A stretch of DNA of 64,000 nt, taken from Paecilomyces variotii (Eukaryota). Under the pieces are notes generated by a model that saw nothing but the letters and a program-made list of their open reading frames with translations, was not told the DNA's origin and ran no database searches. The stretch lies in NCBI GenBank assembly GCA_004022145.1, contig RCNU01000001.1; one strand, written 5' to 3'. Made by a program: the position numbers and the translations under genes. The first letter of the stretch is position 1, and every line of letters starts with the position of its first letter. Of this stretch, positions 12,264 through 24,328 are shown piece after piece.

Positions 12264-14460
12264 TCAAGCGGTTTTCACCCGCTCGGCAAATCGTACATCC
12301 CTTCGCAAGTGTGACGGGGCCCGTCGCTCTGCCCTCGTGTTCACAGATGACGAGAGGAGACGATATGTTGAGCGAGGACGAGGGCACCCTTTCAGAAGAT
12401 AATCCTTGCAGCCATTCGCCTTATCCTGCATTTGAGACAATCGCCGGCGAAGCTCCATCGATCTGATGCGATCTTCTGCCTTGATTACAATCATATCGTC
12501 TATGATGAGGTGGAGTAGGTCGTGAATAAGTTGCGAGCACTGCGGCAGAGTGCGAAGCTCCTCAACCCACGTACGAACCCCACGGCGTACTTCGGCATCA
12601 TCACCAGATGGAAGAACAGTAAAGAAGTTATCCTCGCTAATGCCCAGAGCTGAAATCTCACTGCGGTGCTCGGCGAAATTCTCGATCTCCGCGTACCCCT
12701 TTAGGAGCCAGGTGATGAACTCAAGGTACAGACAGCCGAGGCTCCAGATGTCGTACACGCGAGAGACGGGTCTGAAGATTTTGCATTCGGGAGGTTCGTA
12801 AGTAGGGGAAAAGACCACACCGGTTGGGTCGATGTTTGAGCGAGAATCACGACCGTGGAATCTCCCAAGGCCAAAATCAGCGATCTGTAAAACACCATCC
12901 GGATCATCAATGCCGTCCATGAGCTGGAAAAACAGGATATTCTCAGGCTTTATATCGCCATGACGCCCGAATATCTTCTCTTCCTCGTCTAGTTTTATCT
13001 CTGAAATTACCTGCATGTTTGCGTCCCGGTTGACTAGGGATACTGGCTGCGAGAAGGTCGGACGAAACCCGTGGATATGCACCAATCCGTCGGCTATTCC
13101 TATCATCTGCTTGAGCGTCCAGCGGATGGTCCGTTCGTCAAATGGTGGACGAGGCCGCTGCTCCCAGAAGGTGCGGAGATTAAAGTCGGCGTATTGAAAG
13201 ACAAAATGCCACTCATCCCTGTGACGAAAGGAGGCCAGCAGCTTGATCAGATGGCTATGAGTTGCGATCCTCCTCAGAGCCTCGTGTTCTTTTTTGAATT
13301 CCCCTTCATCCAAGGACTTGAGCTTTTTGATCGCTACCAAGGGGATGTTGCCCTGCACAAGAGTTAACTTGATTTCCCTGGCGAATGGTATACATGGATA
13401 ACGTACTTTTCTATCTCGCTTCAGGGGCAAGTCATGATGCGCGTGATGAATCCGGCAAGCAAACACCTTGCTATATGCACCTTCCTTTACTTCGTGGTTC
13501 TTGTCGTCATCTAATAACTTGACGAAAGGTACGATGCGATCTTCCAGATTATCGCTTCCCTGATACTCGAAAAAATGCGCCGAAATCCACTGCTGTTTTT
13601 CGTCGAATTTCTCTCTCTGTCTCCTCTGCCAGCCACTCATACACTGGACTGGCTCATAGGCGTCTTCTCGTTTCACATGTAGCCGGTAATCGCTATCGTT
13701 CGGTGGGCGCCAAAAGGGAATGTTTCTGTCACAAATGCGTTCTTCAAGAAAAGCTTCAATCTCCCGGGGCTTCTTAAGTGAGACAAGGATCGCAAAAAGC
13801 CCTCTGGCCTGTTTAGATGTACATTCCGCAATGTCGTCGGCCTTGTGCTGGCCGAGACCTTCATTTTGAAGAATCACTCGGACGGTTTCTCTGGTGATCA
13901 GTCGCTTCAGGCTATCTCGTGGGATGAATTTCTGACGTCGATCGTAGGAACATTCAACGCGTGCGTCCTCGAGTTGCTCCTTGAGGGTCTTGGCCATAGT
14001 GTTTACGGATAAGATGCTGTTAGAACGAGATCGTGATGTGGACTCTCGTGTTTCCATCTGGATTGGGAGAGAGGCAATTCCAGAATTGTCTAGTGACAAT
14101 GTAGGGGACAGCCCTGAACGTTGGCTTGAGACGGGTCTCATGTCTCCATTAGATGAAATGCCTTCAATGCTGGTCTTTGGAGAATGGAGTACTTTATCGT
14201 CTGGTGATATTATACCAGGTCTGTTCCCCGCAGTCTCGGAGTTGGTGGAAAGAGATCTGCCAGCCTGATATACATTTTGGCCTATATAGGGCGCGGGAGA
14301 TGAAGGTGAAGGGTGCTAGAAGGCAACCAAATGGGTTGATCTTGTTACAAGGCGATGATTACCTGACAGTAGCGAAGAATGTACATGACAGGCAACTGAC
14401 TATTTGGTTGGGCAGCGAAGGGTTCAAGTGAAGCTTCTTGTTCATCATATTTTCACCCAT
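12264..14460 (-). CDS. Fungal-type Ser/Thr protein kinase; probable exons 14460-14401, 14316-13407, 13352-12264 (5' exon tentative; minimal ORF starts at 14141)
   Basis: EGAYSKV Gly-loop, VAIKKL, RHGDIKPENIL, IADFGL, PTYEPPE and DIWSLGCLYLEFITW: all catalytic motifs intact. There is a 54-nt GTACGT..CAG in-frame intron, and the frame stays open upstream of 14141 to a CTAG acceptor. Confidence 0.88.
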
Positions 14461-15276
14461 TGTCTGCTATCCGAAGCGCCCTACGTAATTTTCATTAGCC
14501 GCGGGATGTGCAGTTCATTAGCAAGAAAGCTTCCCATGTGCTGGATGATCTAAGATAGAGAGCTGGTGCATTAAGCACATACGACCTTGTCTGGGTGCAC
14601 CTTTCGCCAGAGCCTCAGCCTAGATGCACATATGCAGTCCGGCACTATTGCGATCAAGACCAAGAGCCTCTTGCAAAAAAGCGCCCCGCTTCTGCCTAGT
14701 GGGATCAATGTGTTCATGTGAACACTAAACTTGTCTATGAGATGTGATGTTGAGAGCTGAAGATCTAATTATCCGAGCGGCGTTTGGGTAGGAAGATAAA
14801 CCCTCCTAGGACAGCTACATTACAGTGACGCAGAATAGATGCTCAAGGCGTTTACCCTGAACCACCCTATGAAGAATATATCTTATCGATCAATAGACCA
14901 AACATGTTCTAATTCTGAGGCTGAAGATGTCTTGAGTGCTCTAGCCATTCATTGTGACAGGATATATTCATCCCGTGTCTTGCAGGGAACTCGATTGGCC
15001 GGGCTGACTCACCGCAGCCTGTTATAGAAGGATCAAACTGTCGGGTTACTAAGTACTATTTGTTGTTTTTTCTTCTATAGGCTTTTTACGAAGTAAGAGG
15101 TTTGGTACTCGTTTCTTTTTTGTTAAGCTCTCGATGTCCCCCTTCCCCTGGGTGCCGCAGTAAAGAATGATAAGATCTAAATAGTACAATTATAACGACA
15201 TAGTAAGCATGTTTTAAAACGACCTCTATAACCTGGTATGTTCCAGCCATCTACAATCAGCCATGGCTACTACAGA

Positions 15277-17320
15277 TCAGTGCTTCAGCATTTTTGTATT
15301 GGAAGTGCATACTCCCTCCGTCAACACATCAGGCAAGGAACCACCCGGCACGATTCCCGTTTCCAGATCTGAGGACTTTCGCGATGGCTTCCATGGCAGC
15401 AACCAGCTAAGAAGCTTCACTTTACCGAGTGTTCTTGGCGGTTGGGCCTCATTGTCTGGCAATTCCACAGTTATAGTACTCAGATGAACGAACAACCACC
15501 AAAGGACGACCGTTAGAAAGGTCAGGGGTATCGAAATAGCTGCGAGAATCCAGGCTTCTGTCGATACGTGCGTCTTTCCATCATTATCAGTTTTGACGAA
15601 CGTCGTTGAAAAGAAGTTCTGAATTTTCTCAGTGATTGTGTCGTCTCTAGATAGGAACAGGATTAACTTACGGCGACAACAGTCGTTGGAAGATAGACCA
15701 AGCTGATGACAGTGAGAACCTTGACAGCTGATGCATCTAGAGCACTTTTGAGCTGTGAATAGAATAGTTAGACCATAAGTATTATATAGTGGTCGGATGT
15801 AGAGCTAACTAACCGTAAGAGCTGACAGAAACTTGCCATCCCGTTGCGATGCGATGCCTAAATCTTTCAGGGCCTTTGCTTCTTCGTAGTCCAGGAGGGT
15901 TGACAACTGAAGGATAAAACTTAGTAAATGCATGTCTTGATAATCTTAAAGACAGTCGACTCACCATTTGTGCAGTCGATCGCACTTTTTCTGACAAGAA
16001 CTCGGCACGTTGGACGTACATATCTGCTTCTCGAACATAGCTGTTAAACTCTTCCAGGAAGTACACACAAGTCTGCACTCGCTCAGTGGAATTATCTAAG
16101 CAGTCCTTTTGACACTGGTCGCGGACCTGAACTATATTGTTCAACATGTTTACGAGGATCATCTTCATATCGATGGTGTACTCTTCGAGCTCGTGGATGT
16201 GTTGGCGATCGAGAAAGGTGATGTTTCCATCCACCTGCTGAGCCACTGATCTGTCTTTCATCGAGAGCTGAGCAAGTAGAATCTTTTCTGTCTATTATGT
16301 GAAAAAAATCCCTCACAGTGTAAGTGGGCTTGAAATTGTTTCTCAGAATTGGAGCTACCGACCTGTTCCTTCAATTTGTTCTCCACCCACGCCATGTAAT
16401 CTTTCCAGTCCCTCAAGCTATCAGTCATAAGAACCCAATGGACATACCAAGGCGAAATGGGTTCTTCAGCCTCTCGTGCTCTCTCAACGCCGCGAAGAAT
16501 ATGCCTCTCAGCAAATAAAGATGGTGCCACTAGCAGAAATGTAGATATTGGTCGGATCTCTCGAGAGGTAATAGCTAAGTCTGGAATGTCACCAGGGGCA
16601 ATTTTATGATATATTGCAGTCTGTCGAATCGACCAGGGCGATTGGCCATCAGTGAGATCTCGTCCATTGGGTTCCACGCGTCGGAGAATATACGAAAATT
16701 CTACATCCGCGTCAGCTATGGTTCAGACTGAATGGATGGCAATAGTAACTAGGACTGACCGCAGGCATTATTGGATCCTGTTCTTCCTACGGCAAAATCG
16801 CGGAATTGAAACCCTGCGAAGCCAAATTCGTTCTCGTTGTGTCTCCAGCCAAAGGAAAGCATGTGTTGCCAGAAACGCGGAAATATTTTGTATTGCCTTG
16901 CAAATTCTTCGAAGACATTGCGACAGATCTTGAGCCTTCCCCAGGTATTCTCGTGTCGGATAATGAAAACTTGAGATTGATGTACTGAGGCCTGAACTTG
17001 AAGTTAATACAATACAATACTGAATAACGCTCGGTATTCAAGCTGGCCTCAAGTAGTATAGAATCTGAAAAGATAGATGCTGCAACAACGCATATTGAAC
17101 TACATACCTTTTTCAAAGAATAAAGCTGCTCAAGGTCCGCGACCACCTGTATTGTAGAATGGTCTTTATCATTTTCCCCACACATGCTATTCCCACGTGC
17201 ATCTAGAGGTAGATAATATAATTGAATACCATCATCGGTAGATCTAAACAAAAAGGGGGCTTTTTTATTGACTTTGATTTCCAGTGATGCTCTTTCGGCT
17301 TCAAGACACATTGAAGCCAT
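15277..17320 (-). CDS. CorA-like (2-TM) membrane protein, ~541 aa, 7 exons: 17320-17108, 16991-16760, 16700-16363, 16291-15965, 15906-15814, 15752-15672, 15618-15277
   Basis: All six GT..AG introns join without stops (1626 nt). The product has SYILRRVEPNGR..PWSIRQTAIYH, a long helical stalk, and a CorA-type C-terminus DASAVKVLTVISLVYLPTTVVANFFSTTF...WILAAISIPLTFLTVVLWWLF. Confidence 0.82.
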
Positions 17321-18260
17321 TATCACCACTTAATTTATCGCCGGTGTTAAATCTGAACACCTTGGCAGAATCGATATCGTTACAGCGATTTAAACATAAC
17401 CCTTCTATATTGCCTTTCAAGTCTTCCTTCTTCCTCAGACTGTCTAAATAAGCCTGGTAAGAACTCTACGGCGAAGTTCGCAATCAAATCAAGTATCTCC
17501 CTTCCTTTTCACCCCACGCCCGGAAGCCCTTCACTCGAAGATGCATTTTCAGCTCGAAAACTGTGATTTTTCTTTTTTAGCATTATGCATGCCATTTCAG
17601 CTGCATGTCAGAGCCTCACACAACCCCGCCTTCGGCAATATCTCAGGGTGAGCGGTAAGAGGACCGGGTTTGCGGGAGAGTAAGCGCATACACAGTGCCA
17701 CTCGGTTGTGTCTGCTGCACGAGGCAGCAAATAAAGAGCGAGCTAGGCAATGAAGGTGGGCATAACACAGACCGCATCATGTCAGCCTTTATAACTCATG
17801 TCTAGTTCTTTTTACAATTTTGTCGACTTCTCGCTGGATACCTAACTTAGCCCATGTGATCCTGTGGGCAAGACAGCCTTCTATCAAAGATGCCCTTCGC
17901 TAAGAGACGTTGACGGTTCACCAGCGCTTGGAATGTCAGGCATGAATGCAGTACTAGGGTGGCTCGTAAGTTCTTATCGTTATGCATCACGAGGCATCCT
18001 TGCTAGCTTGAGAATGGCTTCATAGGTGGTTGGAATCTTGCGCAGGGAAAGTCGGTGTGAACATCACTTGACTGTTTGAGTTAATATGCGGCTGTTATTA
18101 AAATGACATCTTTTCATTGTACAAATCCGAAAAAGCGACTTCCGCTAAGTATGCAGTATGACAGCATTTAAACGAAAATAAGTTGAAACATGAATGAGAG
18201 AGAAGAAAAAAAAAATAATTGATAACTATCGGTAATCTGAATGGTGACTGGGGATATTGG

Positions 18261-18637
18261 TCATCGCCATCTTGCCATTCTTTGACAAGAACTAATCTGA
18301 CGCTGTGTAGTTATATCAGAACCTCTCACGAGCAGAATAATAAAAAAAGAAAAGAAAAGACAAACTGAGTCTTACAGCGTTAATAATATCGTTCGAGGAG
18401 GACGGCCTGTAAATCTTATAACGGTTGAGCCTCAGCTTTTAGTGCAAGAGCGAGTTAGCATACTTAACATGGAAGATCATAGATCAGCAATTAGGTGATT
18501 CAGACCTCAACGAGAAAGTTGTTTTGGCCTTTCTCCGATGTCCCGTACACGTCTCGAAGGAGTTCAATAAGTGCTCGAGGATTGATATACTTGCTCTCGA
18601 TCACTTGAGGCTCAGGATTATACCGATAGTTTGACAT
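18261..18637 (-). CDS. Microprotein B, 77 aa, 3 exons (18637-18506, 18435-18376, 18302-18261): MSNYRYNPEPQVIESKYINPRALIELLRDVYGTSEKGQNNFLVE/LRLNRYKIYRPSSSNDIINA/RQISSCQRMARWR
   Basis: Two phase-0 GT..AG introns with GCTAAC and TCTGAT branch-like sites. Clear similarity and the same intron placement as neighbouring microprotein A. Absent from the ORF track. Confidence 0.72.
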
Positions 18638-18839
18638 TTCGGACCAGTTATTGACGTGGGAAGTTGAACGTTGCATTTTGATAAAAATAATATTGCTTTA
18701 TTTGATGGACAAGGTTATAGGAAAAAGCATGTATTGATTGATTATCTATACTGTGAAAACCCCCTATGGAAAACTTTCGGATTGAGGCTTATTGCCATGG
18801 ACGCCCCTATTTATAATCCTACTCTATCATGTCAAACAT

Positions 18840-19261
18840 CTAGCCCTCGGTAGAACATGATTGAATCTGCTCCTAAGTATTGACGGGTCAAGATCAGCGG
18901 TAGCGCTAGAAATGCAGGACTAGGACGCAAGGGTAGGATGCGCAATGAGCGAGGCTCGGATCATACCTCGGTCAAATGAGCAGGAGCGACAATTACGAGC
19001 CGCCCAAGACGCTCCTATCAGGAGGATGTCAGCACGGTAAGAATAATGTGACCAGTTAATTGAGCTGAATATCTTGCGCTGAAATGTACTTCCCTGTCAA
19101 GAGAACACAGGTGTCACAGTCTCGGACAAGACCATGTGCACGAAGGAGAAAATGATTTGACTCACTTTAACTTCAAAACTTCCTTCAGGGAATAACTGCT
19201 TCAGAAGAGCGATAAGGCGAATGGGTTGGATGTAGCGAGATGAGAGAACTTGCTGGGCCAT
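18840..19261 (-). CDS. Microprotein A, 58 aa, 3 exons (19261-19166, 19014-18967, 18872-18840): MAQQVLSSRYIQPIRLIALLKQLFPEGSFEVK/ERLGRLVIVAPAHLTE/EQIQSCSTEG
   Basis: Canonical GTGAGT and GTATGA donors, GCTGAC/GCTGAT branch sites, TAG acceptors, both introns phase 0. Paralogous to microprotein B. Confidence 0.78.
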
Positions 19262-20270
19262 GGTTCCTTTCAGCTGTGTGAATCCTTGAATGATCATATG
19301 GCGGATCTGTGATCCTGATTGCGCCTAGGGAGGCGAAGTCTATCGAATATACGCCTTGAGCGTCTCACTAAATATAATCACCTCGAGGATATTCACCGGT
19401 TCGTGCGGTGGCAAAGTTCCTCTCTCCTTCGCCTCAAGTGTAGCTGAATGGAATCAGAGCATTTTGTTATCATCCAATGCTAATGCAAATAAGTGCCCGG
19501 TGGCAGAAGCTGAAAGTTGGGGGCACAAGGTGTTCAAGGAGGAAAGTATGATCATGCAAGTCATCAACGTGTATCATTCATAGACTAATACTGCAAGACG
19601 TGGCTGGATCTTAGTAGATTTAAATTCCCAAGTATGAGCCGAAAATTACCTTGCCAGTCTTGATCACCTTGAGGCTCTAATGAGAGCTCTAAGGTTGTCT
19701 AATTCCAATTTGTCAGTTGCTTATTTCAGGCAATATTGGATCTGCGTGCAGTAGACCTATTCATCTTGTCACTAGCAATCACTGAAATAATCCCTTTCCA
19801 CAGTTCAGCAAGCCAAGTATCAACAGAAAAGCTGCTTGGATTTTGCCTATTGGGTTCTCATTTATCTACGCTGTTGTCCTCGATCGTCCTCTAACTATGT
19901 ATATCGTTATTCATTGGATCTGATTTTTTTTTTTCTCCCACTACTTGTCTTGAACAGTCGATTAACTTGGAATCGTGTCTTAGAGTCGGGGTTATTGAGT
20001 TATGTCATTGAATATCCTTTGCCCCTCGTCTGGATCAATGCTTATTTGCCTGAATCCTAGTCTGCTTTATCTATTCCTCGCATTTAGCTATTAGACCCTT
20101 TCTCTATTGACATAAGCATGTCGTAGTTCTACGTTAGTAAATCTGATATAATTTGTAATCATAACTTTTTATCGGGGATTCAGCACGTATATAAAATAGA
20201 GCAGGGTATTTCTACAATTTCCTTAAATAGTCTATTTCATGTAAACCAATCGATAAAATTGATCGACCGA

Positions 20271-22216
20271 TTAATCTGAAAACAACCTCCCCAGAATACC
20301 CAGTTCCTCTCTTCGTTTCTTCTTCTCCCTATCTCGCTTGATTTTCCAATACGACGCCCACGCTGCGCCGGTTAGGTAGCCGCCTAGATGGGCCCAGTGG
20401 TCTAACGCAGCGACGCGGAAGGGGGTGAAGAGGCTGATGGCTTCGAAGAGCACGATGCCTGTGAGGAAGACGGAGCCACGGGCAGAGATGGTGTCTTGCC
20501 ACTCGCGAGGGAGGAACCAGAGGGTGAGTTTGTCGCTGAGTTTTGTGTGTTAGTGTTGGATTGGAGAAATTGGGGAGCTTAGGGAATAGGGTACGTACTT
20601 TGAGTGAATCATACACCATGCAGCGACGAGACCGGCAATGGCGCCGGAGGCACCGAGAGAGGTTACGGTCAATTGCTTCGTGAGCACATGTGCGCTGAGA
20701 GAGGTAAGGGAGCCGATCACGCCGGATGCCATGAATAGGGCTAGGAAGTTACCACGGCCGATTTCGTCGTGGACTGAATTAGACGGCGGAGTTAATTTAG
20801 CCCTCGAACTGGAAAAGGAGTCGAGGTTATGAACTTACGTCTTGTTCCGATGAACCATAGAATCACCATGTTTGTAGCAAGATGCTTCACCTGCTGATGA
20901 CTGAAGACACTGCCCACCACGCTCAACGCGTGCGGGTAGATAGGCACGCTGATGAAGTACTTGTTGAGCATTCTCCATGCGGGTGGCCAGAATTTCCACA
21001 AGGTAAAGACACTTAGGTTGAGACCTATGATGGCCAGGACAGTTGCTGCCGCCGGCGGAATGTCTCGCCACATACGGTCCTTGTGAGATGGAGGGTCATA
21101 CGTCTCGGCGAACACATAGCACAGACCAAGGGTAAGCAGGGTCACGCCAAGAGCAGGAAGAATTCGGCGGGCCTAGCAGAAGTCAGTGGAGCCGATTATA
21201 TAGTTGCGGTACGCCGGGCACTTACGGTTGTCAGGTTCGAGGTGTCGATATCATTGTTCGTAGCGCGCAGATGATGCTTTTGGATCCAAGCCAGCAGCGG
21301 ACGCTCACTGGGATCAGCACGGGGACGAGCTTTCAGGATCGTTAGAAACTGGCCATATAAAGACACCCCAGATGAGAAGATAATACCCACCCTCAACGAC
21401 CGCTGATTCTTCAAATTTCTGCAGTTCCGTATTCCTTTTCAGCGCCTTGGTGATCTTCTCGTAATCCTTGGCTTCGCCCTCCAGCCATTCTTTGCGCTTC
21501 TGCTCCTGTTCCGCCAAGAGGCGCGCCTCGTTCTGTTCTCGATATTCCTGCAAAACACTCTTTCCCCAGGGATCATTGGCCTTGCCCAATTCCGCATCAT
21601 AGTGGCCGCTCTGCGGCTTATACAGGCTCCTCAGCCTCTCCTCTTCTTCTTGTTCCTCCCGTTCGATCCGTGCGAGAATAGCAGCATCCTCGTCCATTGG
21701 GCGATTCTTCCGCAGCCATTGTAGACCGGCATCGATAACGAACGGGCGCGCAGAGCGGGCTATGTCGGACGGAAGGTCGAGGTCGAGAGTACCGTTGATA
21801 CGACGGCCTTGTAGGACGGAAAGAATGCGATTTCCCATTGCTGGAGAGATTTTATTCGGGCCAAAGATCTTGTTGATCTCCGCGGCGGAGAGCGGTTTAG
21901 AGCTGATGGGGACGCCATGTTCGACCGGTTCGTTGGGTTTGGGAGCTGGTGTACTTTTCGTCTTAGCAGATCTCGTAAGGAACGAGGAAGGAGGTTGATT
22001 TGAGTTGAAAGATGTGCGGGGGAAAGTCAAATATCCCAGTCCTAGCGGGGAGATGAGCTTTCTCTGTGAACTATAGAGGCGCTGCGCGGGCAACTCGCGG
22101 AAGTACGAGTACGAAACCGCCGGGCGGAATATGGCTGGGCCAGAGAGGAGAGAGTTGGAGGATGCCCGGAGCCCCGGGCATGGGATCCGCCATCCTATGG
22201 AGAATACATTGCTCAT
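20271..22216 (-). CDS. PCP1: Mitochondrial rhomboid intramembrane protease (Pcp1/PARL-like), multi-exon
   Basis: Arg/Ser-rich presequence, FSHQ..HLATNM, catalytic SLGASGA and DHWAHLGG across ORFs 21314..22222, 20792..21145, 20550..20732 and 20271..20453. Confidence 0.85.
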
Positions 22217-22885
22217 CTCCACGGGATTATGAGGCTGACGTTGCGCTGCACGCCGGAGGTTTTGCGGCGACTAGGACGATCGAGATGCGATGGGATGCGC
22301 GGAGCTTCCGCTCTGGGTTTCTCCGGCTTCCGGTCGATTGTTCCGGACAAGACAGCGAGAGATCAACAAGACGGACTCGAGGCTACCTGCAGTAAGAAGG
22401 GGAGCATGTAGTAGTGAGGTTGACGGTATTATCTAGGAATATGCTATGGAAATCTGCTTTTTGATATTCCGCTTGGGGATCTGCTTATGGTATGAGTCCT
22501 AGTCAGTATGTACCTACTGTACATAGTTCCAACATAGAATGAGTAGATAGCTACCTTTGGACATAGATCCACTTATAATGATCTATTTCCGCATTATCAT
22601 ACCTCATATCTCACATTAAACCACCGTAGAAAGATTGTGCTAAATCAGAATAGTATATATATATTTTTATTCTTGTTTAACGTGATGTATATAACTACTT
22701 CTCGCAGATGCGACGCCACGTGATGATAGCGATAACCGCGATAGCGATCGGCGTGAGCCTTTTCTTCCCCAGACATTAAACTATTAGCTACTGATATTCC
22801 AGAGCCTCTTACCCTCCATCCTGAAATAACCTCATACCTCTGTATTACCGCCTAGCCCTCACAACAACCTCATATAACCTCAACC

Positions 22886-23428
22886 ATGTCCTCCGAACCA
22901 CAACCCATCACCCCCGCCGCCTTCGCAGAGGCGCTCAAAGCCCTCCCCCTCTCCGCCGTCTACGCCAAAGTATCTGAGATCCGCAACTCGATCGCGCATC
23001 TCCACCGCTCGAACGCAGAACTGAAGCTATTCATCGAAGAATCCACGGAAACAGAGAGCGACAAGCGCGAGTTGGAGAGCTACATCTCTGAAAACGAGGG
23101 GGTTATCGAGACGATGAACGAGAGGGTAGAGTTGTGCAAGGCGGAGGTTGAGGAGCGGGGACAGCAGTGGATAGAGCTTGATGCGGATACAGAGGAGCAG
23201 GGAACTGTGGCTGCTGAGGGAGAGGAGGCGTCGACTGCTGATTCTGCTGCGGCGCATGCGTCTGGGGTTAATGGGATTAATGGGACGGGTGGAAGTGGGA
23301 TAGAGGGAGGGGAAGCACGGGTTGGTGGTGCGAGTGCTGCTACGACAAATGGGACTTCATCTCAGCAGAGCATGCCAGCAACGGGGCAGCAGGATGTGGA
23401 AACGGAAGAGGAGGGTGTTTATCTGTGA
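22886..23428 (+). CDS. TMA17: Tma17/Adc17-like protein
   Basis: PITPAAFAEALKALPLSAVYAKVSEIRNSIAHLHRSN..ISENEGVI pattern and acidic C-terminus EEEGVYL. Confidence 0.65.
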   Translation: MSSEPQPITPAAFAEALKALPLSAVYAKVSEIRNSIAHLHRSNAELKLFIEESTETESDKRELESYISENEGVIETMNERVELCKAEVEERGQQWIELDADTEEQGTVAAEGEEASTADSAAAHASGVNGINGTGGSGIEGGEARVGGASAATTNGTSSQQSMPATGQQDVETEEEGVYL

Positions 23429-24328
23429 AGTCTTACCGGGTGCAGCTGTCACATCCAGCAGAATAGATATTTTGTTGAGAGAAGGCCGCCGTTGGCTGTC
23501 TCCGTAGGGAGAACTGGACCCTGCTTCGAAGGACCACGCAGCATCTCAGTACAGGGCTTTGATGCAGACCTCAGGATTGAATGTCATTGATACAGGCTCG
23601 GTAAGCTGACGCTGCAGAGATGGCCGAGTCCTACGGCTGACATCGACTGATAGCCTTGACAGTCAGAATGGGGGTAGTCAAGTCGAAGTGAGCATGGAGA
23701 ATCGAGACGCTCTTCTCAAGATACACCCGTCTGGTTATGAAAAGGGAGAAGCATTCGAATTGAGTTGTGATTTTTCGAATATCAGGGACACCCAAGATTC
23801 CGTCACCGAATGTGATGTTATCATTCATGTTGCAAGGGAAAAACTACGCACTAATAATTCTAGACAGCTCTTTTTATTTCCATCTTGTGACCTCAATACG
23901 GCCACTGACCATCATGCTAGATCCATAAGAACAAACCACAGAACAGTGTTTGTCTAGCTGACCGTAAACAGGAAAAGAAAAAAGCATGCTCTGCTCTGTC
24001 CCGACCGAAGGACCCGTAAAGAACTGACGCTCCATCAACAACAAAACTAGACATGCTAGATAACAAACTGGGGTTTTCAATATCGCCATGCAGAACATAA
24101 GAAAATAGAATATATCACCGAATTTCGGATCAGGACAGCAGGTATCCGTTCACTTCATCTGTCCACCAGAAGACAACAACAACAAGGAACTGGGAAAAAA
24201 AAAAAGAAGCGAACATCCAACGCCAGGTTAGAAGATATGCCATTGTCATCCATCAGATGCAACCAGGAGTGTATGGTGTATTTGAAAGAAATTTGTTCTT
24301 CTTCTACGCCGTGATGGATCCTGCTCGA

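Noticed and set aside
16787-17329. 180-aa ORF as a stand-alone gene
   Set aside because: Its 5' part is exon 1 of the CorA-like gene; the rest reads through an intron into the wrong frame.
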